Below are positions 12,178 to 29,323 of a stretch of DNA of 64,000 bases, piece by piece. Numbering within the stretch: position 1 is the stretch's first letter; every line of letters starts with the position of its first letter. Origin of the DNA: Octopus vulgaris (taxonomy: Eukaryota); assembly GCA_951406725.2 (NCBI GenBank), contig OX597841.1:20026001-20090000 (forward strand), in the 5' to 3' direction. Position numbers and translations under genes: made by a program. The notes beneath the pieces were generated by a model. It was not told where the DNA came from, ran no database searches, and worked only from the letters and a program-made list of their open reading frames with translations.

Positions 12178-12740
12178 GGCGCAGGAGTGGCTGTGTGGTA
12201 AGTAGCTTGTTTACCAACCACATGGTTCCGGGTTCAGTCCCACTGCATGGCATCTTGGGCAAGTGTCTTCTGCTATAGCCCGGGCCGACCAATGCCTTGT
12301 GAGTGGATTTGGTAGACGGAAACTGAAAGAAGCCCGTCGTATATATGTATATATATAAATATGTATGTGCGTGTATATGTTTGTGTGTCTGTGTTTGTCC
12401 CCCTAGCATTGCTTGACAACCGATGCTGGTATGTTTACGTCCCCGTCACTTAGTGGTTGGGCAAAAGAGACCGATAGAATAAGTACTGGGCTTACAAAGA
12501 ATAAGTCCCGGGGTCAATTTGCTCGACTAAAGGTGGTGCTCCAGCATGGCCGCAGTCAAATAACTGAAACAAGTAAAAGAGTATATATGACAGGATTCTT
12601 TCAGTTTCTGTCTACTAAATCCACTCACAAGACTTTGGTCGGCCCAAAGCTACAGTAGAAGATACTTGCTCAAGGTGTCACGCTGTGGGACTGAACCCAG
12701 AACCATGTTGTTGGGAAGCAAGCTTCCTATCACACAGCCA
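11920..12740. mobile_element. SINE family A cluster: minus 3' half (11920-12125), full plus copy (12178-12581), minus 5' half (12587-12740)
   Basis: Matches to 5339-5805; arrangement fits a plus copy inserted into the internal microsatellite of an older minus copy. Confidence 0.85.
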
Positions 12741-12749
12741 TATATATAT

Positions 12750-14971
12750 GGATGCAAAGAGAGAGGTTTGGAGACGCCACTATGAAAGAAAATGCATGGG
12801 ATAAAGAGAGTCTGCCAAATGTTGACCCAACAGAGGGACCAGCTATCCATGTTGACAGTTCCTAGGTAGTTAAGGAAATTAGAAGCATAAAGACAGGGAA
12901 AGCCCCAGGCCCATCAGGAATTACTGCTGAGATGCTCAAAATATCTGGCAGTGTCGGCCATAGCCTAGTCACCCGTATAGTTAACCAGGTGATACCCAAA
13001 GAAGTCATACCCAATGACTGGTGTAGCAGCATACTAGTCAACTGCTACAAAGGAAAAGGTGACGCTTTAGATACAAATAATTACAGAGGTATCAAGCTGT
13101 TGGTAATGAAGGTTACGGAGAGGGTCATAGCCCAACTGATTAGGAAGAGAGTCAGTATAGATGAGATGCAGTTTGGTTTCGTGCCAGGGAAAAGCACCAC
13201 TAATGCCATATTCCTAGTAAGACAGCTGCAGGAGAAATACCTAGCCAAAGTTAAGCCCCTGTACCTGGCTTTCGTTGACATGGAGAAAGCCTTTGACAGA
13301 GTCCCCCGATCCCTTATCTGGTGGTCAATGAGGAAACTAGGGATAGATGAATGGTTAGTGAGAGCTGTGCGAGCCATGTACAGAGAGGCTAGTAAGGTGA
13401 GGGTTGGCAACGAGTACAGTGAAGAATTCTGGGTAGAGGTTGGGGTCCACCAAGGTTCAGTCCTCAGCCCCCCTCCTATTTATCATAGTCCTCCAGGCAA
13501 TAACGGAGGAATTCAAGACAGGATGCCCCTGAGAGCTCCTCTATGCTGATGACCTTGCTCTAATTGCTGAATCACTATCAGAACTGGAGAAGTTTCAGGT
13601 GTGGAAGCAAGGATTAGAATCGAAGGGCCTCAGAGTCAACCTAGCTAAAACCAAAGTCCTAATATGTAGGAAGGCAGGCAAATCACAAACGCCTTCAGGT
13701 AGATGGCCCTGCTCAATCTGTAGAAAAGGCGTAGGTAGAAACTCTATAAGATGCACCAAGTGTAAGCTATGGACACATAAGAGGTGCAGCAATGTCAAAG
13801 GAAGGTTAACTGGGAAGATAGTTTTTGTATGTGGCAGATGCTCAGGAGCAATAAACACTGAAAATGTGCAGAGACCAACTTCCACCACATTCCAGGGAGA
13901 AAAACTAGAAGTAGTTGATTGCTTCTGTTACCTAGGTGACCAAGTCAGTAGCGGAGGAGGGTGCACTGAAAGTGTAGCTGCTAGAATAAGAATAGCTTGG
14001 GCAAAGTTCAGAGAGCTCTTACCTCTGCTGGTGACAAAGGGTCTCTCACTCAGAGTAAAAGGTAGACTGTATGACGCTTGTGTACGAACAGCCATGTTAC
14101 ATGGCAGTGAAACATGGGCTGTGACTGCTGAGGATATGTGTAAGCTCGCAAGGAATGAAGCCAGTATGCTCCGATGGATGTATAATGTCAGTGTTCATAC
14201 TCGACAGAGTGTAAGTACCTTGAGAGAAAAGTTGGACCTAAGAAGCATCAGTTGTGGTGTGCAAGAGAGATGTTTGCGCTGGCATGGTCATGTGGTGAGA
14301 ATGGATGAGGATAGCTGTGTGAAAAAGTGCCACACCCTAGCTGTTGAGGGAACCTGTGGAAGAGGTAGACCAGGAAAACCTGGGATGTAGTGGTGAAGCA
14401 CGACCTTCAAACTTTAAGCCTCACCAAGGAAATGACAAGAGACCGAGACCTTTGGAAGTATGCTGTGCGTGAGAAGACCCAGCATGACAAGTGAGACCAT
14501 AACCTCGTGGCCTCTACCTGGGATGTAGCCAGCCCACTTATGCATACCTTTCCTTCTTGGGACACAAATCTCTACTTGTGAAGACCTGTTGAGGCAAGGG
14601 AAAATCAAAATCAAAATCGATCAACATCAATGGAAACTGTACCAGTGCCGGTGGCACGCAACAGAACCATCCGAACGTGGCCGTAGCAAGTGCTGCCCCG
14701 ACTGGCCTCGTGCCAGTGGCAGGTAAAAATCACCCTCAGATTGTGGCCGTTGCCAGCCTCGCCTGGCCTCCATGCCAGTGGCAGGTAAAAAGCACCATCC
14801 AATCGTGGCTGTTTGCCAGCTTCGTCTGGCCCCTGTGCCAGTGGCACGTAAAAAGCACCCACTACACTCATGGAGTGGTTGGCGTTAGGAAGGGCATCCA
14901 GTCGTTGAACTGTCCAACCCATGCTAGCATGGAAAGCGGACGTTAAACTATGATGATGATGATGATGATGA
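12750..14971 (+). mobile_element. 5'-truncated RTE-clade LINE (RT pseudogene, internal Cys-rich finger, 3'UTR, (GAT)n tail)
   Basis: ORFs 12932-13549 and 13599-14390: NYRGIKLL, QFGFVPGKST, FVDMEKAFDRV, GVHQGSVLSP, frameshift, YADD, CSIC...CTKCKLWTHKRC...CGRC, MLHGSETW, GRGRP. Confidence 0.93.
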
Positions 14972-14999
14972 TACATACATATGTATGCGTGAGTGTATA

Positions 15000-15380
15000 T
15001 CATCATCATCATCATCATCATCGTTTAACGTTCGTTCTCCATGCTAGCATGGGTTGGATGGTTTGACTGGAGTCTGGGAAGCCAGAAGGCTGCACCAGGC
15101 TCCGGTCTTATCTGGCAATGTTTCTTCAGCTGGATGCCCTTCCTAACACCAACCACTCTGAGAGTGTAGTGGGTGCTTTTTACGTGCCACCTGCACTGGT
15201 GCCAGGCGAGGCTGGCATTGGCCACGGTCGGATTGGTGCATTTTACGTGCCACAGGCACGGAAGCCAGTAAAGTTCGAAGGTCGTGCTTAACCACCTCGT
15301 CCCAAGTTTTCCTGGGTCTACCTCTTCCACGTGTTCCCTCCACTGCTAGGGATTGGCACTTTTTCACACACCTATCATCC
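15000..15380 (-). mobile_element. RTE 3' fragment in inverted (tail-to-tail) orientation
   Basis: Reverse complement of RTE ORF end (VEGTRGRGRPRKTW) and 3'UTR. Confidence 0.85.
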
Positions 15381-15467
15381 AAGGGTAAAATGTTTTTGGG
15401 GAAAAAAATTTTATCAATCGCCAGCATATCAAAAAATACCTTTAAAGGTTAAATTTGTAAATAATTT

Positions 15468-15859
15468 ACAAGATAAGAGCAAAAGAAAAATTCTAATGCC
15501 AAATATGCCGAAAAAAAGACAAATTGTCAATAAACCATTATAATTTATGCGTTTCGAAACAAACCAATAGAAATTTCTATCTTGGATATATTTGGGGTAC
15601 TAAGGTCTGCTCTGGACTTAGTGCTTGCTTTTTCCATGGGTACGGGAAAGTATTTCACTTATATCCCACATATTTATCGCTGAAGGGGGAAAAATTTTTA
15701 TGAATTAACACCGAAATTGGACCAATACGGTAATAACGGATTTTTTAGAAATTTCTATCGGTTTGTTTCGAGACGCATAAATTATAATGGTTTATTGACA
15801 ATTTTTGGCTTTTTTTCGGCATATTTGGCATCAGAATTTTTCTTTTGCCCTTATCTTGT
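15468..15859. repeat. ~112-bp inverted repeat (15468-15579 / 15746-15859) enclosing a hammerhead-like motif; PLE-type foldback
   Basis: Arms are reverse-complementary; ends at long (TA)n. Confidence 0.9.
15676..15731 (+). ncRNA. Type I hammerhead-like motif (one core substitution)
   Basis: ATCG-CTGAAGG-GG...CC-GAAA-TTGGACCAA-TA-CGGT; near-palindromic stem III. Confidence 0.55.
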
Positions 15860-15867
15860 GATATATA

Positions 15868-15976
<109 letters not shown>

Positions 15977-16231
15977 TAGATAGATAGATAGATATATATA
16001 TATATATATATATATTATAAAATGAGATAGGGGTTGAAAATTCAACCCACCATGGGATAATATATATCCAATATACTGCTAGATAGGTACCCAACAAAAT
16101 TAATACATAGATGTTCATTTTATATATTGCCTTTACTCATATGTAATGGTGTATTTAAGTATGGATTGAGTATCATCGGATAGTTGATGTTTTACTGATT
16201 TAAGTATGTTTCTCCATTCTCTAATTTTGTA

Positions 16232-16278
<47 letters not shown>

Positions 16279-16302
16279 TGTATATGTATGTGTGAGTGTG
16301 TG

Positions 16303-19691
<3,389 letters not shown>

Positions 19692-19708
19692 AAATATATC
19701 TATATATA

Positions 19709-19831
<123 letters not shown>

Positions 19832-19950
19832 ATTTATGGCCACAGCTCATAAGCTGAAACTAGAATCAATCAATCAATCAATCAATCATAGGTAGATAGG
19901 TATCTATGCATGTATGTTTTTATGTAAATATGTGTGTGTGCATGTGTGTG

Positions 19951-19995
<45 letters not shown>

Positions 19996-20002
19996 ATATA
20001 TG

Positions 20003-20033
<31 letters not shown>

Positions 20034-20251
20034 AAGCATGCATTTATGTATATATATATACATATATACATATATGTATGTACATTTATACACATATATA
20101 TATATACATATATATATTTACATATATATACATATATATACATATATATTTACATATATATATATGTATATATATATATAAATTGATGGCAAGCATATAA
20201 AAAACATGACCATATCAGTAAAATTAATTTTTAAGTATATATTATAAAAAT

Positions 20252-20650
20252 ATAATTATAATTAAGGGTGGTGAAATGCCAGCGCTTATATGCTAGACAT
20301 AGATGTTAAATATCAACAATCTACACTAAATTTGTTCTCTATTTATAACCCCAGGTCAAACGCAAGGTAAAGGGCAAGAAGATTTACAAAACTTTCCGAT
20401 TATCCTATCTCCTAAGGTTTCATACTCTGTAATGAAGATCACTATGTCTATGAATGTGTTTGCTTCTACATTTGTCAGTGAATCTCTACTGAACATTGCA
20501 AAGTAATCTTTAGAACAGAACATGAAATTTTTGTAATTCTTGTTCATTCGACCTGGAGTTATAAACAGAGGACAAATTTAGAGTGGATTGTAGGTACTTG
20601 ACATCTACTTCTAGCGTATAGGTGCTGGCATTCCAGCACCTATAATTATA
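20252..20650. repeat. Diverged inverted repeat (~110-bp arms) of PLE-type termini
   Basis: GGTGGTGAAATGCCAGCGC...ATAACCCCAGGTC versus GACCTGGAGTTAT...GTGCTGGCATTCCAGCACC. Confidence 0.75.
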
Positions 20651-20810
20651 TTTCTATTTCTATAATTATTTACTTAAATATATATATTTATGTAAGAACC
20701 ATGCTGGAAACATAAAACTTCTTCTCTGAACATCTTATTAGTACATTACTTGTGATATGTTTGTTTGGCTTACTTTTCATTTTCTCTGTGTCTTTCTGAA
20801 TTGACTATAT

Positions 20811-22163
20811 GTGTGTGTGTGTATGTATATATGCACGCCTGCCCCTGGCCAGATCCTAGCAGTGGATCTTTTTGCGGGCGCTTGTCAGCGTGCATTGGAG
20901 CGGTTCAACTTCTCCAGGCGCCAACGCCGCCTCAACATCTCCCCGGCTGAGCTCTTGGCTCTTCGTTCCCTCCAACGGCGCGCTGACATTATCATCAAAC
21001 CAGCTGACAAGGGTGGAGCTGTAGTGGTGTGGCGCACGGACCTCTATAGGGCCGAGGCTTTCCGCCAACTCAATGACACCTCCTTCTATTCCCCTCTGCC
21101 CTCTAACCCCACACGTAGCTACCAACAGACGGTATCCTTTACTGTCCAAGACCTCATCTCGTCCTCCCGTCTCCCCCGCACCGCATCCAACCTAATTGTG
21201 CGAACCCCACGTACCCCCACCATTTACTTCCTCCCCAAAATCCACAAACCCAACAACCCTGGCCGCCCCATCGTCTCCGCCTGTAACTGCCCCACGGAGC
21301 TCATCTCTAAATACCTCGACCGTGTCCTTGCCCCCCTAGTGGCATCTCTTCCCTCCCACATCCACGATACCAACCATGCTCTCCGGCTTTTCAACTCTTT
21401 CTCCTTTCCTCCCGGCTCCTCCAAAATCCTTTTTACTATGGACATCCAAAGCCTCTATACTGTTATCCCTCACCACGAAGGACTGCAGGCCCTTCGACAC
21501 TTTCTTGACCTCCGCTCTAACCCTGTACCTGACACCTCCACACTCATTCGTCTGGCCGAACTTGTCCTTACTCTGAACTGCTTCTCGTTCGCGGGCGAGT
21601 TCTACCATCAGGTCTCGGGAGTGGCCATGGGAACGCGAATGGGCCCCAACTATGCGAACCTGTTCGTTGGCTATGTTGAGGCCCAAATATTCTCTAATTT
21701 CACTGGTCCCACTCCTGAACTATATGGTCGTTATATTGACGACATTATCGGTGCCACCTCACTCTCCCGCGAACATCTAGATTCCTTCCTCTCTTTCGTC
21801 CAATCTTTCCATCCAGCCCTCCACTTCACTTCCACTATCTCCAACACCTCTGTCTCCTTCCTCGACATTTCGGTTAGCATTCTTCACTCCACTCTTACCA
21901 CCTCCATTCACTACAAACACACAGACTCACACTCATACCTCAACTTCTTTTCCTCCCACCCAGAACACACCAAGCTTTCCATCCCCTATTCCCAATTCCT
22001 CCGTCTATGTAGGCTCTGTAGTGACGACCATGACTTTGAGACTCAGTCTCAACGTATGGCTCACCACTTCACCCTACGTGGATACCCCCTCACCACTATC
22101 CACACCGCCCTTGCGTTTTTTAAATGTCTTGCTTCGAAAACTGCATTAGGTACGATTAGTTAA
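20811..22163 (+). mobile_element. Penelope-like element reverse transcriptase fragment (open frame, truncated at both ends)
   Basis: IKPADKGGAVVV, LPKIHKP..GRPIVS, MDIQSLYT, GVAMGTRMGPNYANLF, RYIDD, FLDI, SSHP..K.SIPYSQFLR motifs; no GIY-YIG follows; real homology spans roughly 20835-22112. Confidence 0.93.
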
Positions 22164-22231
22164 ATTTTGGTAGTAATGACTTATGTCCCTCTTAGCGTGA
22201 GGCATTTATGTGTAATAATGCCCTCTATACA

Positions 22232-22298
<67 letters not shown>

Positions 22299-22412
22299 TT
22301 CAGATGAATATGTACTTAAGCAGAGGCACCAGAATTTAGAACGGTATTATCCATACAATTTCAAAGTAAGGTGAATAAAACCAAAATAAGCAACAGGGTA
22401 TCCAGAGGTAAA

Positions 22413-22495
22413 GCAGTACGATTGTTTCAAGCAACTCCATTTAATTGAACAATGCAATCATGCATCAATTTAAATGCAGAGCAATCCTCAGTTGC
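22413..22495 (-). ncRNA. Type I hammerhead motif (long stem II family) in a PLE terminus
   Basis: Minus strand GCAA-CTGAGGA-TTGC...GCTT-GAAA-CAATCG-TA-CTGC with internal hairpin CATTTAAATTGA/TCAATTAAATG. Confidence 0.65.
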
Positions 22496-22844
22496 ATAAA
22501 TACATAGAATTTAATTAAATTAAAACAGATGGACACATTAGTATAATCTTACCTAATATCTCCAAGAAGATAAGGAGATAGACAAAGAACATGCTGCCTT
22601 CACTTCAGCTTAGAAGCTACCAAGGTATCAGGAAGAAAGACATGTTACAGATATTGCTTGTCACTATTTTATGGGGTCATCTTTAATTTATTAACTAGTT
22701 TTATCAAATCTTTGTATATCTAAAACCCGAGAGAACAAGGGGTAGTGTCTGTTAGGATTGGGGCTGAGGGAGTCGACAGAAATCATAAAAAACTATCAAG
22801 ATTTATTAGAAGCAATATCAAGAGATTTGGTAAAGAAACCTTAA

Positions 22845-24460
22845 ATCAAGATGCAGCAGTATTCAAGGTGTGGCCGTACAAAGGAGGAGAAGGTTCTTAA
22901 GATCCAGGAACTCATCCTACGAGCTATATCGACCTTATTGTTGATGTGTGCACTCCAACTGAGATCGTCATCAACAATTACACCCAGGTCTCTGATATTG
23001 TTAGAGGCTGTGAGCGGTTCCCCTGAAGGAAGAGAGTATGGCTGCTTTAGTGAGGAATTTCTTCCAAAATGCATCAGCTCAAATTTTCCCTTATTTAGTT
23101 GTATTTTGTTTCTGTCTGCCCTTTGACTCACAGCATATAGATCAGACTGGAGTTGAGTTTGGTCTGCTTCTTCATTGACGATTTGCTGGAGCTTAGTGTC
23201 ATCAGCAAATATTTTCACATTGCATTGATGTACAACATTGGAAAGGTCATTTATGTAAATTATAAAGGAGGAGCAGGCCCAAGACAGTCCCCTGGGGGAC
23301 ACCGCTAGTGACTTTTGCTGGGCTTGAGTGGACTCCATCAACTACAACATGTTGTGTTCTATTCGCCAGGAAATACTTGATCCAGTGTAGAACTTTTCCA
23401 CAGATTCCAACATTTGCCAATTTTGAGAGTAGGATATTATGGTCAACCCTGTCGAACGCTTTACTGAAGTCAAGATATATGACATCAGAGTTCGAACCTG
23501 TTCCCAAGGCTTCGAGTACATCTTCAATGTGGTGTAAGAGTTCTGTTAGACAGTCTCTGCCACAGCAAAAGCCATGCTGATTTGCATTTAGGAGTTTGTG
23601 GGTCTCCAGGAAGTCAGCTATCCTTGATCTTAACACTCTTTCAAACACTTTAATGATGTGGGAGGTGAGTGAGATTGGGCGATAGTTGACCGCGAGGGAT
23701 CTGTTTCCCTGTTTGAAAACCGAGATAACAGACTGGGATAGGAACTGCTTCGGTATATAATCTGAGTCTAAAGAATTTCTCCAGAGTTTGGTTGGAGGGA
23801 CTGCAAGTTGATATCTACATTCCTTCAGGAGACTAGCGGGAAATCTATCAGGGCCTACTGCAGAATAGTATTTGACCTTATTTATTGCTGCTACGACGTC
23901 AGTGGCAGTGAAGGTTATGTCTGAGATTTTGTGTTGGGAGTCAACTTCGTTCGTTTCCCTTATGTCAATATCAGTGGGATCACTAAAGACAGAGCAGTGT
24001 TGTTTCTGCAGTATTTCTGCCATTTCTTTAGCATTGTGTTGAGGAATGCCATTATCATCAATCAATGGCCCAATGGGTGAGACAGTGGTTCGATGCTTAT
24101 TTGCATAAGAACTTTTGGGTTCTGTTTGATGTTTTTGATTACCCACTGTTCCTCCACAGCTCTTTAATTTTCAATGGAGGTTTTCATGTTAGTCTGCAGA
24201 TGAAGTTTTTCCAACTCCTGCCTTTTCATTGTTGCTGAATGTGGATGTTGTATGTGGGAGTATTTTAATTGAGTCTTTTAATGAGCCTGAGGAGTGTTTT
24301 TTTTCTTTTTAGGAAGCCGGTTTCTGTTTGTGTTAGTAGATTTCATAGGAGCGTGTTTTGAGCATGTATAGGTGACAATGTTCTCAAAGTGTTGCCATGC
24401 AGTCTCAATTTGGGTGAGACTGAGAGTAAAAGACCAGTCGATGAAGGACAGATCCTTTCT
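22845..24460 (-). pseudogene. Degraded CR1/L2-group LINE RT remnant (different family from 16.5 kb)
   Basis: NYRPISLTSH, YLDFSKAFDRV, SGVPQGTVLG, FADD and RPHLEYC across a frameshift. Confidence 0.88.
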
Positions 24461-25042
24461 GATTGCCCCCCGCCAGTCCGCTTTGTGGAAGCTTATGTCT
24501 TCAAATTAGTGCTATGGAGTGGGATTGGCTGGTTTGGGTTTTGATATGCTGGGAATTAAAATTGCAGAGTGCATACATACATAAAACTTCGTCCTCAACA
24601 TTGTTTTTAATGTCCCCCTTTCTATACTTGCTTTGGTCAGGTGGACCTTCCATTGCCAACTCTCACCTGCAAGGTAGTATTTCCCATTGCTTTCCTGAGA
24701 GACTGGAAACAAAAGATGAAAATATTGCTTGTGATGGCAAGACAAGGAAACTCAAGCATACACACAGACACACACACACACACATACACATTCAAATCCA
24801 CTCACACGACTTTGATCAACCTGATGCTTTATGGGAAGAGACTCACAATAGGACTGAACCTGAAATTACCTGGCTGGAAAGCAAATTTCTTAACCACACA
24901 ACCAAACGTAGGAAAAGAGAGAGAAACAGGGAGAAAAGAGGAAAGAGAGACAAAGAGGTAAATAGACATGTAGATAGATTAACAGACAGACAGATAGATA
25001 GACAGACAACAGACAGATAGATAGATAGACAGATAGTCAGAC

Positions 25043-25078
<36 letters not shown>

Positions 25079-26638
25079 TTCTTTATTGGCTATACAGGGC
25101 TAAACACAGAAGGGACAAAATACAAAGTAGAGCTTTTTTGGGGGGGAAGAAGAGAAGGGGAAAAAAGGGGGGGCGAATTCCGATCAAAAAGAATCGTGAA
25201 AAGAAGAAAAAAGAAAAAAGAGGGGGGGGGGCAATTCCAATCAAAAGTGATCGTGGGGAAAAAGAAGAAAACAAGAAAAAAGAAAATGGGGCCGATCAAT
25301 AGGGATCGTGTATCACAGTATTGTTAATGAAAAAGGGGAGAACAGATTAGGTTTATCCGTGGATAGAAAAGCCTACGGAAAAGACCATGGGAACCTTGGG
25401 CAATAGTGTCATGCAAAAAGAAAACACATTACAGTAAGTGGGTCTCTTTTTTCCTTTCGTTTTTTATTTTTATTTTTGGTTCATAGGATTATGCTCAAGC
25501 TGGCTCCATCATTCACACGTGCCATCCTTGCTACATTCATCCATCTTTTTTTGAAGCATTCACTAAACAAAACTCCCCTCTCTACTCTCACCTTCCTCTT
25601 CAAGTGATACTTGAAGAAGTTGATGAGAGATTGACCAGAGAGGAAAGTGTTTGTCTCTAGACCTTTCAGACACATCCACCATTCACATTCTTTCACCACA
25701 GCCACAAGTACGATGAAAATGGCTCTTCCTTCCCATTTCAAGGAAGAGGCAAGACAATATTCCCGATAGACTCGGTTGATAAACTGACTCGTCCCACATG
25801 CGATACCAGTCGTTCAACATAGGCCCACAGGTCGGAAATGGTTGGACACTGTACGAGTGTGTGCATAACGGCTACATCACTCTCACCACATCTTGGACAG
25901 GTCGGCCCCGTGTTTCTCAAGCCATGTCTATAGAGCTTATCCCGAACAGGTAGTACTTCTCGATAGCACTGCCAGGCCAGGGATCTCTGGAAGTTGTCCA
26001 TAGGTCCCAGCCCGAAAGTTGTCTTGAACAGGCAGGTCAGGTATTCCTCATCGATGCTCAGGTTCACCCCGAGATCGTCGTTGTACCTCTCCTCCACTAA
26101 TCCCCTATAGAATGCTTTGGTTGTGTTGAAGTCACTCAAGGTCAACCCGGGACAGTATAGTTGCTTGAGAGCAACGCAATACTTGCGGTGCCATTTGCCC
26201 TTCCTTGGCCTCTTTTTGATCCATGACTGCAGTTCAGTCATAGAGATGAGTTGCAGGAAAGCATGCCTCACAAACGGCGACCACACCTGTTCACCGTTGT
26301 CTACATAGAGCCGGAGATGTCTGCGCATCATCAACCACGGCATGCCCAGTCCTCCTTTTAATGGGTGTTGACAGCAAATAGATTGCCTGACTGTCGGGAC
26401 GCATCCTTTCCACAAGAAGTGGAAGAGAATGCGTTCTAGTTTGGTGATGGTAGGGTTGGGTCAAGGCATGACGGTCAAGCGGTAGTAGATAACGGACGCG
26501 AAATACATGTTCGCCACCTCTGCTTGACCTTTTAGGGACAGCTTCCTCTCAGCCCATTGCCAGGCAAGAGTGACCACCCAACTCATTATCTTGTACCAGT
26601 TCTTCTCCATTCGGAGGTCCGGACCAAACCAGACCCCG

Positions 26639-26640
<2 letters not shown>
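25079..26640 (-). mobile_element. 5'-truncated Tx1/L1-clade LINE inserted in a (GATA)n microsatellite
   Basis: LSLKG..EVAN, KGGLGMP and zf-RVT-like CPRCGESD..HTLVQC; 3'UTR ends AATAAAGAAA then (TCTA)n; (GATA)n on both flanks. Confidence 0.85.
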
Positions 26641-26712
<72 letters not shown>

Positions 26713-26721
26713 GGATGGAAG

Positions 26722-26752
<31 letters not shown>

Positions 26753-26789
26753 ATACACACATGCAGAATTCAAGGCAAAATTCCTTGTG

Positions 26790-27230
26790 TGGGAATCAAA
26801 ACCTAGAATAGAGAGGCCTCAAAGTAAACATAGCTAAGACTATGTTTTACTCAGCAGACAAGAAGACAGGGCCCTGGAGCTGTCAAGGAAATGACCTTGC
26901 TCAGTATGCAGAAAAGGAGTAGGTAGGGAGAAATTCATATGCTGTAGTAAGTGTAGGCTATGGACACACAAGAGACGCAGTGGAATTTACGAGATGGCTA
27001 ACAGAGAAGACAGGTTTTGTATTTGGCAGATGCACAGGAGTAACAAGCACTTCACAAAGAGACTCTTATAAATGCTTGGGCTGTCACACTAGAAGAAGTG
27101 GATAGCTTCCATCACCAAGGTGACATAATTAGCAGTGGAGATGGGTTTTCTGTAAGCCTAGTCACTTGGGTAACAACTGGCTGGAAAAACTTTACAGAAC
27201 CACTGCTGCTGCTGCTGCTGACAACGAAGC
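26790..27230 (+). pseudogene. Old RTE ORF fragment
   Basis: Diverged homolog of 13599-14040 (GLKVNIAKT, CSVCRKGVG, LWTHKR). Confidence 0.7.
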
Positions 27231-27457
27231 AAGATAATATTTGCCCCTAACCAGACATGTTCTCACAGAATATTGGAAATGCCATGGCATTGCTTGGGTG
27301 GCTGCGACAATCATTTACAACTATGAAACAAAGAGAAAAAAAGCACACACACACTCAGATCACACGTATACATACATGCATATAAAGAGATATACATACA
27401 AAGATACATGCATACATGTGTGTGTGTGAGAGAGAGAGAAAGAGAAAGAAAGAGAAG

Positions 27458-27760
27458 GTGCATGGCTTAGTGGTTAGGGTATTCAGCTCACAATCATAAT
27501 CTCATGAGTTCAATTCCTGGCAAGGCATCATGTCCTTGAGCAAGACACTTTATTTCACATTGCGCCAGTCTACTCGGTTGGCAAAAATGAGTTGTAAGTG
27601 TAATTCAAAGGGCCAGCTTTTATGTCACATTGAATCTCCCTAAGAATTATGTCAAGGGTAGGCATGTCTGTGGAGCACTCAGCCACTTGCACGTTAATTT
27701 CATGAGCAAGCTGTTCCATTGATTGGATCAACTGGAACCCTTGTCGTTTTAATCAACAGT
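27458..27760 (+). mobile_element. CORE-like tRNA-SINE with an alternative 3' tail
   Basis: Head and core as in 175-310, but tail ...GATTGGATCAACTGGAACCC; partial copy at ~30480-30665. Confidence 0.75.
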
Positions 27761-27770
27761 TATGTGTGTG

Positions 27771-27837
<67 letters not shown>

Positions 27838-28477
27838 AAGTAGGCTCTTGGTGGTGTTTGCATGTCAGGGCAGCCAGAAATTGCCCTTAATCCCTTACAC
27901 AATGTTCTTACAAAGCAATCTTTTCTGATGCTTTAATGATCTTTCCAGTTCAGCACCTTCTTTAAAATAAAACCACATAGGGACAGACAACAGCTTAAGC
28001 ACAAACAACTTTCTGTGTTCTACACTTATCTGTCACAGCTGCATATTAATTCAACATTTCATTCACTGTTAAAGCAAGCAGGCTTTTTGCAATCACACTG
28101 TCCATGTTCCAATCAATATTCTGTCTGAATTGACAGGATTGTTGTCTCAAACATATGTCAAACATTTTTTTTTTTATATATATTTTTTGTTCATTTATTT
28201 TGTATTGTTATCTTATTTTTCTGTAATGACAAATTTTTGTTGGTGCAGTTCAAATTTGTTTCTTTGTGCTGAAATATTTGTTGCAGAAGACTCTTTTAAC
28301 ATTATAATGCTTTTTCAATAGTATTATTGCCAAGGGGTTCCAACAAATTTTGTTATACTGAAAAATTCTGTATATTGATGTTCCTTAGACAGAATTTCAC
28401 TTGAATATGTGTGTGTGTGTGTGGGTGTGTGTGTATACACACTCACACACATATATATATATATATATATATTTATG

Positions 28478-28511
<34 letters not shown>

Positions 28512-28623
28512 TGTATGTATGTGTGCATTTATGTATTGGTTTAAGCCAATTAGACAGATTTCTTGAAATTGGGCCCCATGCCAAGAGAGGGCCCTGCATA
28601 CATGCTTGAGCAAAGGATACTAT

Positions 28624-28807
28624 CTTTTCTTTTATCTTTTACTTGTTTCAGGCATTAGACTGTAGCCATGCTGGGGCACCACCAGGAAGAATTTTTGTTG
28701 AATGAAATTTTTTTTAAAAATTTTTTTCACCCTGGTACTTATTCTATTGATCTCTTTGCTGAACTGCTAAGTAACAGGGACATAAATACACCAACACAGA
28801 CACAAAG

Positions 28808-28888
<81 letters not shown>

Positions 28889-29048
28889 ACAGGCTTCTTT
28901 CATTTCTGTCTACTAAATCCACTCACAAAGCTTTGGTCAGCTCAAGGCTTTAGTAGAAAACCCTTGCCCAAGGTATCACACAGTGGAACTGAACCCAGAA
29001 ACGTGTGGTTGGGAAGCAAGTTTCTTACCACACAGCCACACCTGCACC
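28624..29048 (-). mobile_element. SINE family A inserted into an older MITE
   Basis: Reverse complement of family A; flanks join up to match 29998-30253. Confidence 0.82.
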
Positions 29049-29103
29049 TATGATAAATTTTTAGTATGTCATTGTGGCTAACGGTGGAACCTCAAGCCCT
29101 TAA

Positions 29104-29323
29104 CCCTTTCGTTACCAACCCGGCTGAAACTGGCTCTGGCTCTGAGTACAAATGTCTTGTTTTCATAAGCTTTGAATTAAAATCTTTCACCAAACTTTAG
29201 TCACAATTTATGTTCCTAACATTAGCTTAATGAAAACTAAGATATTTTACTAAATTCTTTGTTATATTTAAAGTAATTGAAAGAAACACAGAGCATCTCA
29301 AAATAAATTCAGTAACGAAAGGG
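29104..29323. mobile_element. piggyBac-like MITE
   Basis: TTAA-CCCTTTCGTTAC...GTAACGAAAGGG-TAA. Confidence 0.75.
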
